Shown here one piece after another: positions 46,574-56,734 of a stretch of DNA of 64,000 nucleotides (the stretch's first letter is position 1; each line of letters opens with the position of its first letter). The notes beneath the pieces were generated by a model. It saw only the letters and a list, made by a program, of their open reading frames with translations. It ran no database searches and was not told where the DNA came from. Made by a program: the position numbers and the translations under genes. Source of the DNA: Candidatus Acidiferrales bacterium (GTDB lineage Bacteria; Acidobacteriota; Terriglobia; Acidiferrales; UBA7541); the NCBI GenBank assembly GCA_049592615.1, contig JBAWGF010000080.1, forward strand, positions 1,206 through 65,205, written 5' to 3'.

Positions 46574-46651
46574 ACTTGCGTCTCAAGTGCGCTTGTCAGA
46601 ATGTGTCGACAGAACGGGAATGGAAACCGGCGCGAAACGTCTCACGATCAT

Positions 46652-48052
46652 CTATTGAAGGGTTTCGACCGGCTGTTTGTGCGAGGAACGTAGTGGAATG
46701 TTATAACGTTTTAGTTTTCGATAAAGCGTCGCCCGGCTGATGCCAAGCATTCTCCCCGCGAGGGCCTTGTCTCCTCCGGCCTGGTCGAAGACGCGCAAGA
46801 TTGTCATTCTTTCGAGGTCCGCAAGCGCCGTGGTGGAAAGCGCTGCTGCATCGGGGCCGTCCGCGCCGCCGTCGAGGGCCACGTTGATATTGGGCGGAAG
46901 ATCTGCCACGTCAATCACGCGATGATCACCCAGAGCCACGGCGCGGGCGATGCAATTTTCCAGCTCGCGAACATTTCCCGGCCAATCGTATTGCAGGAAG
47001 CCTTTCATCGCCGCAGGAGTCACCTGAATATTCTTGTCGGGTGCGTAACGATCGAGAAAGCAGTGCACGAGCTGCGGAATATCGGAGCGGTGATCGCGCA
47101 GGCTGGGCAGGTGCACTGTGACGACGTTCAACCGGAAATAGAGATCCTTGCGAAACGTCCCGGCCCGATACGCCGCTTCCAGGTCCCGGTTTGTCGCCGC
47201 TATGATGCGCACGTCCACCGGAATTTTCTCGTTGCTGCCGACGGGCCTCACTTCTTTTTCTTGCAGCACACGCAACAACTTCGCCTGCATTTCCAGCGGC
47301 AACTCACCGATCTCGTCGAGAAAGATTGTTCCGCCATTCGCCGCTTGAAACAATCCGGGCTTTGATTTGAGCGCTCCTGTGAATGCGCCCTTCTCGTGGC
47401 CGAAAAGTTCGCTTTCCATTAGCGTGGGGACCAGCGTGCCGCAATCCACCGCGATAAAAGGCATTTGCGCCAGCGGCCCGCGGAAGTGAATTGCGCGCGC
47501 CACCAGTTCTTTTCCCGTCCCGCTCTCGCCCATGATGAGGACCGGCGTGCGTGTCTCCTTCAAGCGCGAAACCATCCGCATCATGTCCTGAATCTTGGCT
47601 GAAGTCCCCACGATGCCGTCGAGCTGCGATTCCGTATTCACGCGCTCGCGCAGAAATTGATTTTCTGTCACGAGCCGCACTTTCTCAGCCATTCGCTGCA
47701 AAAGCTGGCGCAGCTTTTCCACGCGGAATGGCTTCTCAATGTAGTCGTAGGCACCCTGACGCATCGCATCCACGGCTGATTCGATCGAGCCGTGCCCCGT
47801 CATGATGGCGACCTCGGTTCGCGGCAATTGGTCCTTAATTTTGCGCAGCAGGTCCGCGCCAGACAGGCTCGGCAGCTTCAAGTCGGTGACGACGATATCC
47901 GGTGGCGCCGTCTCGAGCGACTCGAGTGCTGCCTCCGCCGTCTCCGCTTCGAACGATTGAAAGCCCAGCCCCTGCCCGACCGTCATGCAAAGCCGCCGGA
48001 TGCTCTGCTCGTCGTCCACAATCAAAAAACGAAGCCTCTGTTCGTCTTTCAT
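46652..48052 (-). CDS. NtrC-family sigma-54-dependent transcriptional activator (REC, AAA+, Fis-type HTH)
   Basis: REC ([19 protein letters not shown]); Walker A GESGTGKE; GAFTGA present; Walker B FLDEIGE; C-terminal [17 protein letters not shown]. Confidence 0.9.
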   Translation of the reverse strand: MKDEQRLRFLIVDDEQSIRRLCMTVGQGLGFQSFEAETAEAALESLETAPPDIVVTDLKLPSLSGADLLRKIKDQLPRTEVAIMTGHGSIESAVDAMRQGAYDYIEKPFRVEKLRQLLQRMAEKVRLVTENQFLRERVNTESQLDGIVGTSAKIQDMMRMVSRLKETRTPVLIMGESGTGKELVARAIHFRGPLAQMPFIAVDCGTLVPTLMESELFGHEKGAFTGALKSKPGLFQAANGGTIFLDEIGELPLEMQAKLLRVLQEKEVRPVGSNEKIPVDVRIIAATNRDLEAAYRAGTFRKDLYFRLNVVTVHLPSLRDHRSDIPQLVHCFLDRYAPDKNIQVTPAAMKGFLQYDWPGNVRELENCIARAVALGDHRVIDVADLPPNINVALDGGADGPDAAALSTTALADLERMTILRVFDQAGGDKALAGRMLGISRATLYRKLKRYNIPLRSSHKQPVETLQ

Positions 48053-48450
48053 GATCTCCCGATCGTTTTCTCAACCGCGACCATGAGCTGCTGGACGCGA
48101 AAGGGTTTTTCTACGCACGGCGTTCCGTCCTGCGCAAGGAGCGCGACAGTTTCGGCACTCGCCGTGTCTCCGGTAATGAAAATAATGCGCGATGTCAGTT
48201 CGGGCCGGTGCCGGCGGATCCAGTCATGTACGTCGGCGCCCGTAATTCCTCCCGGAGTCCGGAAATCTGAGATGACTCCGCGAAAATCTTCCGTCGCCAG
48301 CAATTGCAAACCCTCGGCGGCCGATGAAGAAGGAACCACCTCGTAGCCGCGCCGCTCGAGCGCCGTGCGCATGAAGGCGGCAACCGATGGTTCATCCTCT
48401 ATCACCAGGATGCGCGCCCGCGGTGCCGCTGCACCTTTCGAACCATTCAT
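48049..48450 (-). CDS. Single-domain response regulator
   Basis: ILVIEDE, VISDFRTPG, FITGD, EKPF. ATGA overlaps with both neighbours. Confidence 0.85.
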   Translation of the reverse strand: MNGSKGAAAPRARILVIEDEPSVAAFMRTALERRGYEVVPSSSAAEGLQLLATEDFRGVISDFRTPGGITGADVHDWIRRHRPELTSRIIFITGDTASAETVALLAQDGTPCVEKPFRVQQLMVAVEKTIGRS

Positions 48451-50435
48451 TGCGAGGCCTCTGCTGCCAGCAATTCGGCCGCTTTACTTGCTACAGGGAG
48501 CCGCACAAGGAAGGTGCAACCCACGCCGTCGGGATTGTTGCGCGCCACAATCTCGCCGCGATGCGCGCGCACAATGCCGTAACAAATGCTCAGACCCAGT
48601 CCGGTGCCTTTGCCGACTTCTTTCGTCGTGAAGAACGGATCGAAGATTCGGTCGGGTTGCGAAATGCCGGGCCCGTTATCACGAAACACAATCTCGAGAT
48701 GATCGTTGCGGTGCGAAGTCTCAATCTCGATTTTTCCGCGCCTTCGAGTCTCCTGCACGGCATCGTAGGAATTGTTCAGGATGTTGAGAAACACCTGCTG
48801 CAATTGGTGCGGATCGCCCACCATTTCCGGCAGTTCTTTTTCGTACCGCTCGGAAAGCTCAACGCCGTGATTCGAAAAATCGTACGCTCGCAATTTCAGC
48901 GTCTGACGCAGAATCGAATTCACCTGTACGGGCTCGCGCTGCGCCGGCATCTGCCGCGCAAAGCTGAGTAGGTTCTGGACGATCACGCGCGTGCGCTGCG
49001 CTTCCTGGAGAATCACTCGCAATTCTTCCTTTGCCGGCTCCGGTATCTCGGGATTCTCGAGCAGCAGGTCCGTGAAGCCGACGATCGCCGCAAGCGGATT
49101 GTTCACTTCGTGCGCAACGCCAGAGACAAGTTGGCCGAGCGCCGCCATTTTTTCCGTGTGCATCAGCTTGGCCTGCAAATCGGCAGCATCCGTGATATCC
49201 GTCATCACCACCACGATGCTGTTGATGTCTCCCTGCTCGTCGCGCATCGGACTCAGGCTGATGGAAAATTGACCCGCCGTCCCATTGCCACGGACGAGCG
49301 GAACCTCAAGGTTATCGAGCGCCGCTCCTTGCAGCGTTCGCTCGAGTGCCTCGGCCAGCAGAGGACGCCGCGCTTGCGGGATCATCTTGACCAGCGGCTG
49401 ACCCAACAGATCTTGTTCGCGATAGCCTGATTCGAAACATCGGCGATTCGCATAGCTGACCAGCCCTGCCGTATCGAGCACGAGGATCATGCTCTGTGTA
49501 TTGTTCAGAATATTTTTGTTGAAGTCGCGCTCGCGCCGGTAGCGCCGCTCGGCTTCGCGTCGGTCCGTGATGTCTTTAAGGACGTGAATCGTGCGCAGAT
49601 CATCCTGGTGGCCGGTGTGAATGCGCGACGCGGAGACCAGATACGTGCGCTCCGCGGCTTGGTGGGTGAATTCCTCTTGTGCCGCCTTCGAATCTCGGCA
49701 GAACGGGCATCGCCCCGGCTGCATCGTTGACCCAAGGAGTTCCAGCTTTCCCATGTCCCGGCCGATCGCTTCCGTGGGACGCACCCCCAGTGCACTTGCG
49801 AGCGCACGATTCAAACGAAGCACGCGGTTCTTGTTGTCGTGCACGACAATGAAATCGGAAATGGCATCGAAGTCCTCGACCCACTGCTTTCGCGACTGCT
49901 CGATTCGCGAGAACAGCCGTACATTCTCGAGCGCAACCGATGCGTGTCCCGCCAACGCTTCGAGCAGTTGCCGCTCCGCCGCAGTAAGTTCACGCGCCAA
50001 ATCCACGAGGCACAGCACGCCGAGCAATTCCCCACCGCTTCCCATCAGGCGCGTGAGGACCAATTCTCCCCAGCTCAGCGCTTCCGCCAACTCGCGCCCT
50101 AACAACCGCTCCGCTGGGGTGCGCCGCAGCTCGACAAAAGACGCGGGGGCCTGTCCCGCCAATGCCTGTCCTAGCCGCTGCTGAACGCGCGCGTCCCAGC
50201 GATGAGCCGGACCACTGAGCGCCGCAATCTCCCATTCGGAGCCGCACTCGAGCGTTAAGACCGCTGCGCGAGCGCCGAGCATTTCCGCGGCACGCGCGGT
50301 CAACCGCCGAGCAAATTCTGTAGTGCCAAGCGACGGGTTCAGTTCCAGCGTCGTGGCGGAAAATTGGGCCAGCAGACTCTCAAATGATCCATCGAGACGA
50401 GTAGGCACTTCGCGAATTCGCTTTAATGCGCGCAT
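48447..50435 (-). CDS. Cytoplasmic sensor histidine kinase (GAF, two PAS, HisKA, HATPase)
   Basis: No TM helix is evident. GAF-like N-terminus, two PAS-like segments, H-box AHEVNNPL, N-box NILNNSYDA, G-boxes DNGPGI and GTGLGLSI. Confidence 0.88.
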   Translation of the reverse strand: MRALKRIREVPTRLDGSFESLLAQFSATTLELNPSLGTTEFARRLTARAAEMLGARAAVLTLECGSEWEIAALSGPAHRWDARVQQRLGQALAGQAPASFVELRRTPAERLLGRELAEALSWGELVLTRLMGSGGELLGVLCLVDLARELTAAERQLLEALAGHASVALENVRLFSRIEQSRKQWVEDFDAISDFIVVHDNKNRVLRLNRALASALGVRPTEAIGRDMGKLELLGSTMQPGRCPFCRDSKAAQEEFTHQAAERTYLVSASRIHTGHQDDLRTIHVLKDITDRREAERRYRRERDFNKNILNNTQSMILVLDTAGLVSYANRRCFESGYREQDLLGQPLVKMIPQARRPLLAEALERTLQGAALDNLEVPLVRGNGTAGQFSISLSPMRDEQGDINSIVVVMTDITDAADLQAKLMHTEKMAALGQLVSGVAHEVNNPLAAIVGFTDLLLENPEIPEPAKEELRVILQEAQRTRVIVQNLLSFARQMPAQREPVQVNSILRQTLKLRAYDFSNHGVELSERYEKELPEMVGDPHQLQQVFLNILNNSYDAVQETRRRGKIEIETSHRNDHLEIVFRDNGPGISQPDRIFDPFFTTKEVGKGTGLGLSICYGIVRAHRGEIVARNNPDGVGCTFLVRLPVASKAAELLAAEASQ

Positions 50436-50716
50436 GGAGGATAGAGGACCTGTGCTCGTTTCGCCTTTACTAGGTTGACGTTACGGTCTCATCTCATTTT
50501 GAGTCAAGGCATGTACCTAGGCGTGTTGCCGTAACGGGCAATCAGGCCCGCGTCGCAACCTGAGACTCAAAACTCACGCTATGGGGACGTTTGAGACGCT
50601 CATCTGCCGACATCCCTTTGATCCGGAGAAGTCGCGCGTCTAGTAACCACTTCTGAATCAATTGTTTAGCATGCTCCACAGCTATTTCTTGACGACCCCA
50701 AAGTTCACCTCCTCCA

Positions 50717-50732
50717 TGGCATTGCCATTGCA
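50717..50732 (+). promoter_or_regulatory. Sigma-54 (-24/-12) promoter candidate upstream of the TonB-C gene and che2
   Basis: TGGCATTGCCATTGCA (TGGCAT-N5-TTGCA, close to consensus TGGCAC-N5-TTGCA). It lies 44 nt upstream of ATG 50776, which has a GGGGAGGG RBS. Confidence 0.65.
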
Positions 50733-50775
50733 TTTTCTGACGTGGGAGCTTTCCCTCAACTGGGGAGGGATACAC

Positions 50776-51129
50776 ATGAAGCAGAGATTCGGGGTTGCGG
50801 GACTTGGACTTTTGCTGCTGTTACTGGGATCGGCGGTCGTACCGCCGAAGGCTGTCGCGCAAGATGCATCCAGCGAGTCGCCCAAGCGCAAAGTAAAGAC
50901 CCGCGCTGTGCCTGAGTATCCTCCGCTTGCCAAGCAGTACAACGTCACCGGAAAAGTGAAAATCGAGGCAAAGATTTCATCCGACGGGCACGTAGTCGAG
51001 ACGAAGGTGATCGGTGGCAGCCCGTTGCTGGTGGGTGCCGCAATCGAAGCACTAAAAAAGTGGCGTTTTGAACCTTCGGCAAAAGAATCGAGCGAAGTTT
51101 TCGAGTTTAGTTTTTCGGGCCTGAACTAG
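50776..51129 (+). CDS. Periplasmic TonB C-terminal-domain protein (no TM/Pro-rich TonB body)
   Basis: Signal peptide MKQRFGVAGLGLLLLLLGSAVVPPKAVAQ, then PEYPPLAKQYNVTGKVKIEAKISSDGHVVETKVIGGSPLLVGAAIEALKKWRFEP. Confidence 0.75.
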   Translation: MKQRFGVAGLGLLLLLLGSAVVPPKAVAQDASSESPKRKVKTRAVPEYPPLAKQYNVTGKVKIEAKISSDGHVVETKVIGGSPLLVGAAIEALKKWRFEPSAKESSEVFEFSFSGLN

Positions 51130-51186
51130 CATCCGTCAGCCTGCCATTGGGGGCATCGCGACGCGCGTGGAGTGGAGGCGTTTCAC

Positions 51187-53190
51187 ATGACGATCAGTAA
51201 GAAATTGTATTTGGGATTCGGCGCCATTCTGGCGATCATGCTCGGCCTGTTCATCATCAACATCTTCACGGTCATCCGCGAATATAGCGCGCGCTCCACC
51301 GTGGCCGTCACGCTCGCCGATGTGCAGACCATCGAGACGGTCCGCTTCCAGATGATGGAAAATCGCCAGTACCTCGGGAATTATCTCCTGAGCGGCGATC
51401 TGCGCGATGAAGACAGGGCCAATCATGGAATCAACGACCTTCACGAGCTTTTGCGCGAAGCAGGAAATAAAGCGCACGATGTCTATCTCCGCTCGGCTCT
51501 CACTCAAGTGGAGGAAAATGAACACAACTGGGCGGACAATTTTGCGAAACCGATGATCGCCAAACGTCACCAAGTGGACGCGGGCGATGCTACAGTTTCC
51601 GACCTCCAGATCTTCTATCTGCAACACGATCCTGGTTCGTGGATCAACAAGTCCTCGGGCGTGCTCGACGAGGCCAATCGCGCGGTTCGCAGGGCGCTCG
51701 AAGAATCGAACTCGTCAGCCTCTTCCGCCACGGCTGTCAGCACGGGCATCACCACGGCCGGAACATTGCTTGCCATTCTCCTCGGAGGATGCATCGCCTT
51801 CTACACGGCCAAGTCGATTCGACAACCGCTATACCACTTGATTGATGTCGCGCATCGGATTGGCGAGACGGGTGATCTGGATCAGACGATCGACATCCAC
51901 CGCGCCGATGAAGTAGGCATGCTCGCGAATAATTTCAACAAGATGATCGTCCATTTGAAGGACATGGCCGCTGTCTCTGCATCCATTGCCGAGGGTCAAT
52001 TGTCGGTTGCGGTGCAGCCACGATCGCAGCAGGACACCATGGCCAAGGCATTCGCGCGAATGACGCAGGGACTTCGCGATCTCGTCCGCCAGGTTCGCGA
52101 CAGTGCCGGACAGGTCGCGAGCGGCGCGGGACAGATGGCGAGCGCCTCCGATGAATCGGCCAAGGTCAACGTGCAGGCGGCCTCGGCAATCGATGAAGTC
52201 ACGAGCACGATGCACGAGATGAGCATCAATGTGCAAAACGTCGTGAAGAATACGCAGGTTCAGGGATCGAGCGTCGCCGAGACCTCCGCATCGATCGACC
52301 AGATGGTCACTTCGATCGACCGCGTCGCCGACACGGCCAAGCTACTCGTTGACATATCGCACCGCTCTCGCGAAGAAGTTCAAACCGGCATGGTCACCAT
52401 GGACAAGGCCACCCAGGGTCTCAATCGTACGAGTCACGCAATCCAGTCGTCGGCCGAAATCATCGATGTGCTCGGGCGTCGCGCGGACGATATCGGCAAG
52501 ATCATCGAAGTGATCGACGATCTCGCCGAACAGACGAACCTGCTCGCGTTGAACGCCGCGATCGAAGCGGCTCGCGCCGGGGAGCACGGTCTTGGGTTCG
52601 CCGTGGTCGCGGAAGAAGTGCGGAAGCTCGCGGAAAAATCCACGCAGTCCACGAAGGAAATTTCTGAACTGATTGAAGGCATTCAAAAAGAGGCGCGCGA
52701 AGCCGTCGAGAACATGGAAAAGAGTACGACCATGGTGCAGGAAGGTTTGTTGCTGAACAAAGACCTCGGCCTAGCGCTTGAGAAAATCTCCGAAGTCGTC
52801 GGTGAGGTTTACAAATTCTCTCAGGAAATCGGCGCAGCCACTATGGAGCAGTCGAGCGGCTCGGCGCAGATTGCCAAGGCCACCAATCGCCTCACCGAAA
52901 TCACGCAGGAGATCACCTCTTCGGTCGAAGAGCAGGCATCGGGAGCGCAGGCGGTGGTCCGTGCGATGGAGAAAATGCGCGAGTTGGTCCAGCAGTCCAC
53001 CTCGAGTTCCACGGAACTCGCAGCTGCCGCCGAACAAATGTCGAAGCTGTCTCGCGCGCTTCTCGAAACCATGGATCGCTTTGTGATCGAGGAAAACTAC
53101 AACGACGGCCGGCGATATCCCGCGCGGCGCCCGGAGCCGGGCGGCGAACGAAATCCTCAGCACGAGTACGCAGAAGCGATTCGCTCTTGA
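51187..53190 (+). CDS. Methyl-accepting chemotaxis protein with a four-helix-bundle-type periplasmic sensor, HAMP and signalling domain
   Basis: TM1 [19 protein letters not shown], a ~170-aa helical ectodomain, TM2, HAMP, and conserved [36 protein letters not shown]. Confidence 0.9.
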   Translation: MTISKKLYLGFGAILAIMLGLFIINIFTVIREYSARSTVAVTLADVQTIETVRFQMMENRQYLGNYLLSGDLRDEDRANHGINDLHELLREAGNKAHDVYLRSALTQVEENEHNWADNFAKPMIAKRHQVDAGDATVSDLQIFYLQHDPGSWINKSSGVLDEANRAVRRALEESNSSASSATAVSTGITTAGTLLAILLGGCIAFYTAKSIRQPLYHLIDVAHRIGETGDLDQTIDIHRADEVGMLANNFNKMIVHLKDMAAVSASIAEGQLSVAVQPRSQQDTMAKAFARMTQGLRDLVRQVRDSAGQVASGAGQMASASDESAKVNVQAASAIDEVTSTMHEMSINVQNVVKNTQVQGSSVAETSASIDQMVTSIDRVADTAKLLVDISHRSREEVQTGMVTMDKATQGLNRTSHAIQSSAEIIDVLGRRADDIGKIIEVIDDLAEQTNLLALNAAIEAARAGEHGLGFAVVAEEVRKLAEKSTQSTKEISELIEGIQKEAREAVENMEKSTTMVQEGLLLNKDLGLALEKISEVVGEVYKFSQEIGAATMEQSSGSAQIAKATNRLTEITQEITSSVEEQASGAQAVVRAMEKMRELVQQSTSSSTELAAAAEQMSKLSRALLETMDRFVIEENYNDGRRYPARRPEPGGERNPQHEYAEAIRS

Positions 53191-53207
53191 GGGCTCACTC
53201 GCAAATC

Positions 53208-53699
53208 ATGCAAAAGGAACTTCAGATCGTCGGATTCCGGATCGGGCGCGAAACGTTCGGGCTGCCCATCTCCCTGGTCCGGGAAATCGTGCGCGTCCCG
53301 GAAATAACCTCCGTGCCGAACGCACCCGACTACATTGAAGGAGTGATCAACCTCCGCGGCCGGATTATTCCCGTCGTGGATCTGAGGAAACGATTCCATG
53401 AAGAGGTGGGCGAACCGAATAAGAAAAACCGAATCGTTGTGGTGGAGCTGGAGAGCCGCGCGATTGGTTTGATTGTGAATTCGGCTTCGGAAGTATTGAA
53501 AATTCCACCCTCCGACATCCAGGCGCCGCACGAAGTTTTTCCGGAAGGCGAGATGGACTACATAACCGGCGTGGGAAAGCTGAAAGGGCGGCTTGTGATC
53601 CTGCTCGACCTGAATCGCATTTTGCAGCGCGGGGAGCTGCATCGTCTGGATGAAGTCGCCGATTCCGCAGCCACTGTTCCGACCGGCAGCATGAGATGA
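53208..53699 (+). CDS. cheW: CheW coupling protein
   Basis: LQIVGFRIGRETFGLPISLVREIV...GVINLRGRIIPVVDL. The start may instead be TTG 53187, which overlaps the MCP stop. Confidence 0.85.
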   Translation: MQKELQIVGFRIGRETFGLPISLVREIVRVPEITSVPNAPDYIEGVINLRGRIIPVVDLRKRFHEEVGEPNKKNRIVVVELESRAIGLIVNSASEVLKIPPSDIQAPHEVFPEGEMDYITGVGKLKGRLVILLDLNRILQRGELHRLDEVADSAATVPTGSMR

Positions 53700-53741
53700 A
53701 CTTTCTGAGCCGCACTCGGGGGAAATAACGACGAGGGACGA

Positions 53742-54647
53742 ATGTCCACACTCAGTACTGAGGTCCCGCTCACCGATGCCGAATTAAAGCTCCTGCAGAC
53801 GCTCGTCTACCAGGAGTGCGGCATGTATTTCGACGAGCGCCGCACTCATTTCCTGCGCGATCGCCTCCAACGCCGCCTGAAAGCATGCCAGATGGAATCC
53901 TTCTACAGCTACTACCGGCTGCTGACCAGCCGGGAGGGCAAGCAGGAGCTCGTGGCGCTGCTCGAAAATCTTACGGTCAATGAGACCAGCTTCTTCCGCA
54001 TTCGCCCTCAACTCGATCTCTTCCAGAAAGTCGTTCTTGAAGAAATCCTGAAGCGAAAGCAGGAGCGCCGGGATTGGTCCATTCGCATCTGGAGCGCGGG
54101 CTGCTCAACGGGCCAGGAGCCATACTCGCTCGCAATCCTCGTTTGCGACGCCCTTGCTTACTACTACCTGCGCAACCCGCTTCCCTTCGAAATGCCCACT
54201 CCGAAGCCGCTGATTCCCCCGCCGTGGAAGGTGGAAATCATCGCTTCCGACATCAACTACTCGGCCTTGCTCACCGCGCAACAAGGAATCTACAGCGAAT
54301 CGCAGATGGAAACGGTGGAATACACCTGCCGGCTGCGCTATTTCGACAAAGTCGGCGATAAGTACGCCGTAAAACCAGCCTTGAAGAATCTGGTCCAGTT
54401 CGACTTCCATAATTTGAAAACGGAATATCTACCGCAGCGCAACGATGCGATTTTCTGCCGCAACGTCATGATCTACTTTGACGAAGCAGAGCAGAAGCGC
54501 CTGATCGAAAAATTCCATCGGTGTCTCAATCCCGATGGCTATCTCTTCGTCGGCCACGCGGAAAGCCTTTTCGGTCTGACAACGAAGTACCACATGATCC
54601 ATCAAAACAATGGGACCGTTTATCAGCGGCTCGAGGTGACGCAGTGA
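53742..54647 (+). CDS. cheR: Chemotaxis protein methyltransferase CheR
   Basis: ETSFFRI, RIWSAGCSTGQEPYSLA, CRNVMIYF. Confidence 0.9.
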   Translation: MSTLSTEVPLTDAELKLLQTLVYQECGMYFDERRTHFLRDRLQRRLKACQMESFYSYYRLLTSREGKQELVALLENLTVNETSFFRIRPQLDLFQKVVLEEILKRKQERRDWSIRIWSAGCSTGQEPYSLAILVCDALAYYYLRNPLPFEMPTPKPLIPPPWKVEIIASDINYSALLTAQQGIYSESQMETVEYTCRLRYFDKVGDKYAVKPALKNLVQFDFHNLKTEYLPQRNDAIFCRNVMIYFDEAEQKRLIEKFHRCLNPDGYLFVGHAESLFGLTTKYHMIHQNNGTVYQRLEVTQ

Positions 54648-56734
54648 ATTATTTTTCCGACGACCGCGCTTCCGAGCTGCGCGAGCTTTTCTTTGAAAGC
54701 GCTGCAGAAATTCTGCAGGGCATGAACGAGGCGGGGCTCGCCCTCGAAGCAAGTCCTACTGATCAGGAAAGTCTGCGCCGCGTGCGCCGCGCTGTCCACA
54801 CGCTGAAGGGTGATTCGGCGGCTTGCGGGTTCCGCGAGCTCAGCGAACTCTCGCACGAACTCGAAGACGTCCTGACGCCGGAGCTGGCCAAAGAAAATGC
54901 AGGATTGATCGCAGAGGTAGTCCTTACCGCCGCCGACACGTTTCACGAAATGCTCGCGGCTTATCGCGATCGTCTCAGACCTCCCGACGGCAAGGCCCTC
55001 CGCGAGCACATCCAGCGCCTATTGCGAAAACCGGTCGCGAAGCCGCAAAAGCCTGCGGCGGAAACGCACTTCGAGTGGACCGAATACCAGCGGCTTATGA
55101 TTGCAGAGGCGTTCCGCAAGGGCGAGACGGTGTACCACGTCGCGATGCACCTCGATCCCGAGGCGTTCCTGCCCGCTGCGTCCTATGAATTGGCCCGCAA
55201 GGCCCTCCAGAGCGCGGGAAAAATTCTTGCTCTGCATCCGGAAACCGCGCCGGTCGCCCACGTCGGCCTGATGGAAGCAGCGATCTCGAGTGCAAAGTCC
55301 GCGGATTGGATCAAGAAACGGTGCCGTGTGCCTTCCGTCGTGGTGAAGATTTCCGTTGAAAAATTGCCCGTCCCGAAATCCGTGCCGCGCGACCTGCTGG
55401 AAATCCTCCTCGAATCCGAAGCGGCTGCAGTTTCAGCGGGGATTACGCCCGCGCGAACCGAATCACCGGAAAGCCACGATGCGGAATCGGGAGCGCCCGG
55501 CGCGGCACCGGGAGGTGCTCATGCTGCCGCTGAAAACACCTTGCGCGTGGATGCCGGACGCATCGACGTCGTGATGAATCTGGTCGGCGAACTCATCATC
55601 GGAAAATCCATGCTGCATCGGACTCTCGACGAATTCGCACGGCGGCACTCGAAGGATCCACTGCAAGGAAAATTTGCCGACGCGCTCGCCTTCCAGTCGC
55701 GCATTCTCGGGGAATTGCAAAAGTCTGTCATGAAAATCCGAATGGTGCCGGTCGAGCAGCTCTTCCGCCGCTTCCCACGGGTCGTGCGAGACGTCGCCAA
55801 GCAGCGAAATCGCGACATTACCCTCGAACTCGCCGGACAGACGACCGACCTCGACAAAAGCATCCTCGACGCGCTCGCCGAACCGCTTGCTCACCTCGTG
55901 CGCAATGCAGCCGACCACGGAATCGAATCAGCTGCCGATCGAGCAGCCGCTGGAAAACCGGAACGCGGCACAATTCGAATGAACGCCTATCACGAAGGGA
56001 ACCAGGTCGCCATCGAGGTCTCGGACGATGGGCGCGGACTCGATCGCGAAAAAATTGTGCGCCGCGCAATTGAGTCCGGCATCATCCAGGCCGAAGAAGT
56101 CGCCCGGCTGAATGAAACAGAATCGCTTCAGCTTGTTTTCAAACTGGGACTCAGTACGGCAGACGAAGTGACCGAGATTTCTGGCCGTGGAGTGGGACTC
56201 GACGTCGTTCGGTCAGCTCTCGAAAACCTGAAGGGCTCCATCGAACTCGAAAGCAGGCCCGGCAAGGGCACCACGTTCCGGCTCATGGTCCCGCTAACCC
56301 TTGCGAGCATTCAAGCTCTCCTGTTCCGCGTTGCTGCACGCCTCTACGCCGTCCCGCTCGCTTCCGTTCAGGAAATCACGCGCATTCACGAAAACGAGAT
56401 TCACCGCGTGGATGATCGGGAAGTCTTTCAACTTCGCGAACAGGTTCTCACGCTGGTCCGGCTCGATCGCCTCGGGCCTAAAGAAGCACGCGGGCGCGCT
56501 GACCGTATTTTCGTGATCGTGATCGGTGCGGGAAGCCGCCGATTCGGACTTGCAGTGGACACTCTGATGGGCGAAGAGGAACTTGTGATCAAAGCTCTCG
56601 AAGATCGCCTGATCACTTCTCCCCTCGTGAGCGGCGCCTCCATCCTCGGCGATGGAACCGTGGTTCTGATCTTGAATGTGCCGGCTGTGATCGCTCATCT
56701 CTCGAGAATCCCGGCAGTGGGGGCCACGGCATGA
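54644..56734 (+). CDS. cheA: CheA histidine kinase (single Hpt, no receiver)
   Basis: Hpt AVHTLKGDSAACGF, HLVRNAADHGIE, DDGRGLD, GRGVGLDVV, C-terminal CheW-like domain. GTG 54644 overlaps the cheR stop as GTGA. Confidence 0.9.
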   Translation: MNYFSDDRASELRELFFESAAEILQGMNEAGLALEASPTDQESLRRVRRAVHTLKGDSAACGFRELSELSHELEDVLTPELAKENAGLIAEVVLTAADTFHEMLAAYRDRLRPPDGKALREHIQRLLRKPVAKPQKPAAETHFEWTEYQRLMIAEAFRKGETVYHVAMHLDPEAFLPAASYELARKALQSAGKILALHPETAPVAHVGLMEAAISSAKSADWIKKRCRVPSVVVKISVEKLPVPKSVPRDLLEILLESEAAAVSAGITPARTESPESHDAESGAPGAAPGGAHAAAENTLRVDAGRIDVVMNLVGELIIGKSMLHRTLDEFARRHSKDPLQGKFADALAFQSRILGELQKSVMKIRMVPVEQLFRRFPRVVRDVAKQRNRDITLELAGQTTDLDKSILDALAEPLAHLVRNAADHGIESAADRAAAGKPERGTIRMNAYHEGNQVAIEVSDDGRGLDREKIVRRAIESGIIQAEEVARLNETESLQLVFKLGLSTADEVTEISGRGVGLDVVRSALENLKGSIELESRPGKGTTFRLMVPLTLASIQALLFRVAARLYAVPLASVQEITRIHENEIHRVDDREVFQLREQVLTLVRLDRLGPKEARGRADRIFVIVIGAGSRRFGLAVDTLMGEEELVIKALEDRLITSPLVSGASILGDGTVVLILNVPAVIAHLSRIPAVGATA

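Noticed and set aside
50542-50775. 77-aa minus-strand ORF inside the 340-bp divergent intergenic region between the kinase operon and che2.
   Set aside because: It has no RBS and no recognisable motif. It overlaps the near-consensus sigma-54 promoter and the RBS of the TonB-C gene. The region's lower GC fits regulatory DNA better.
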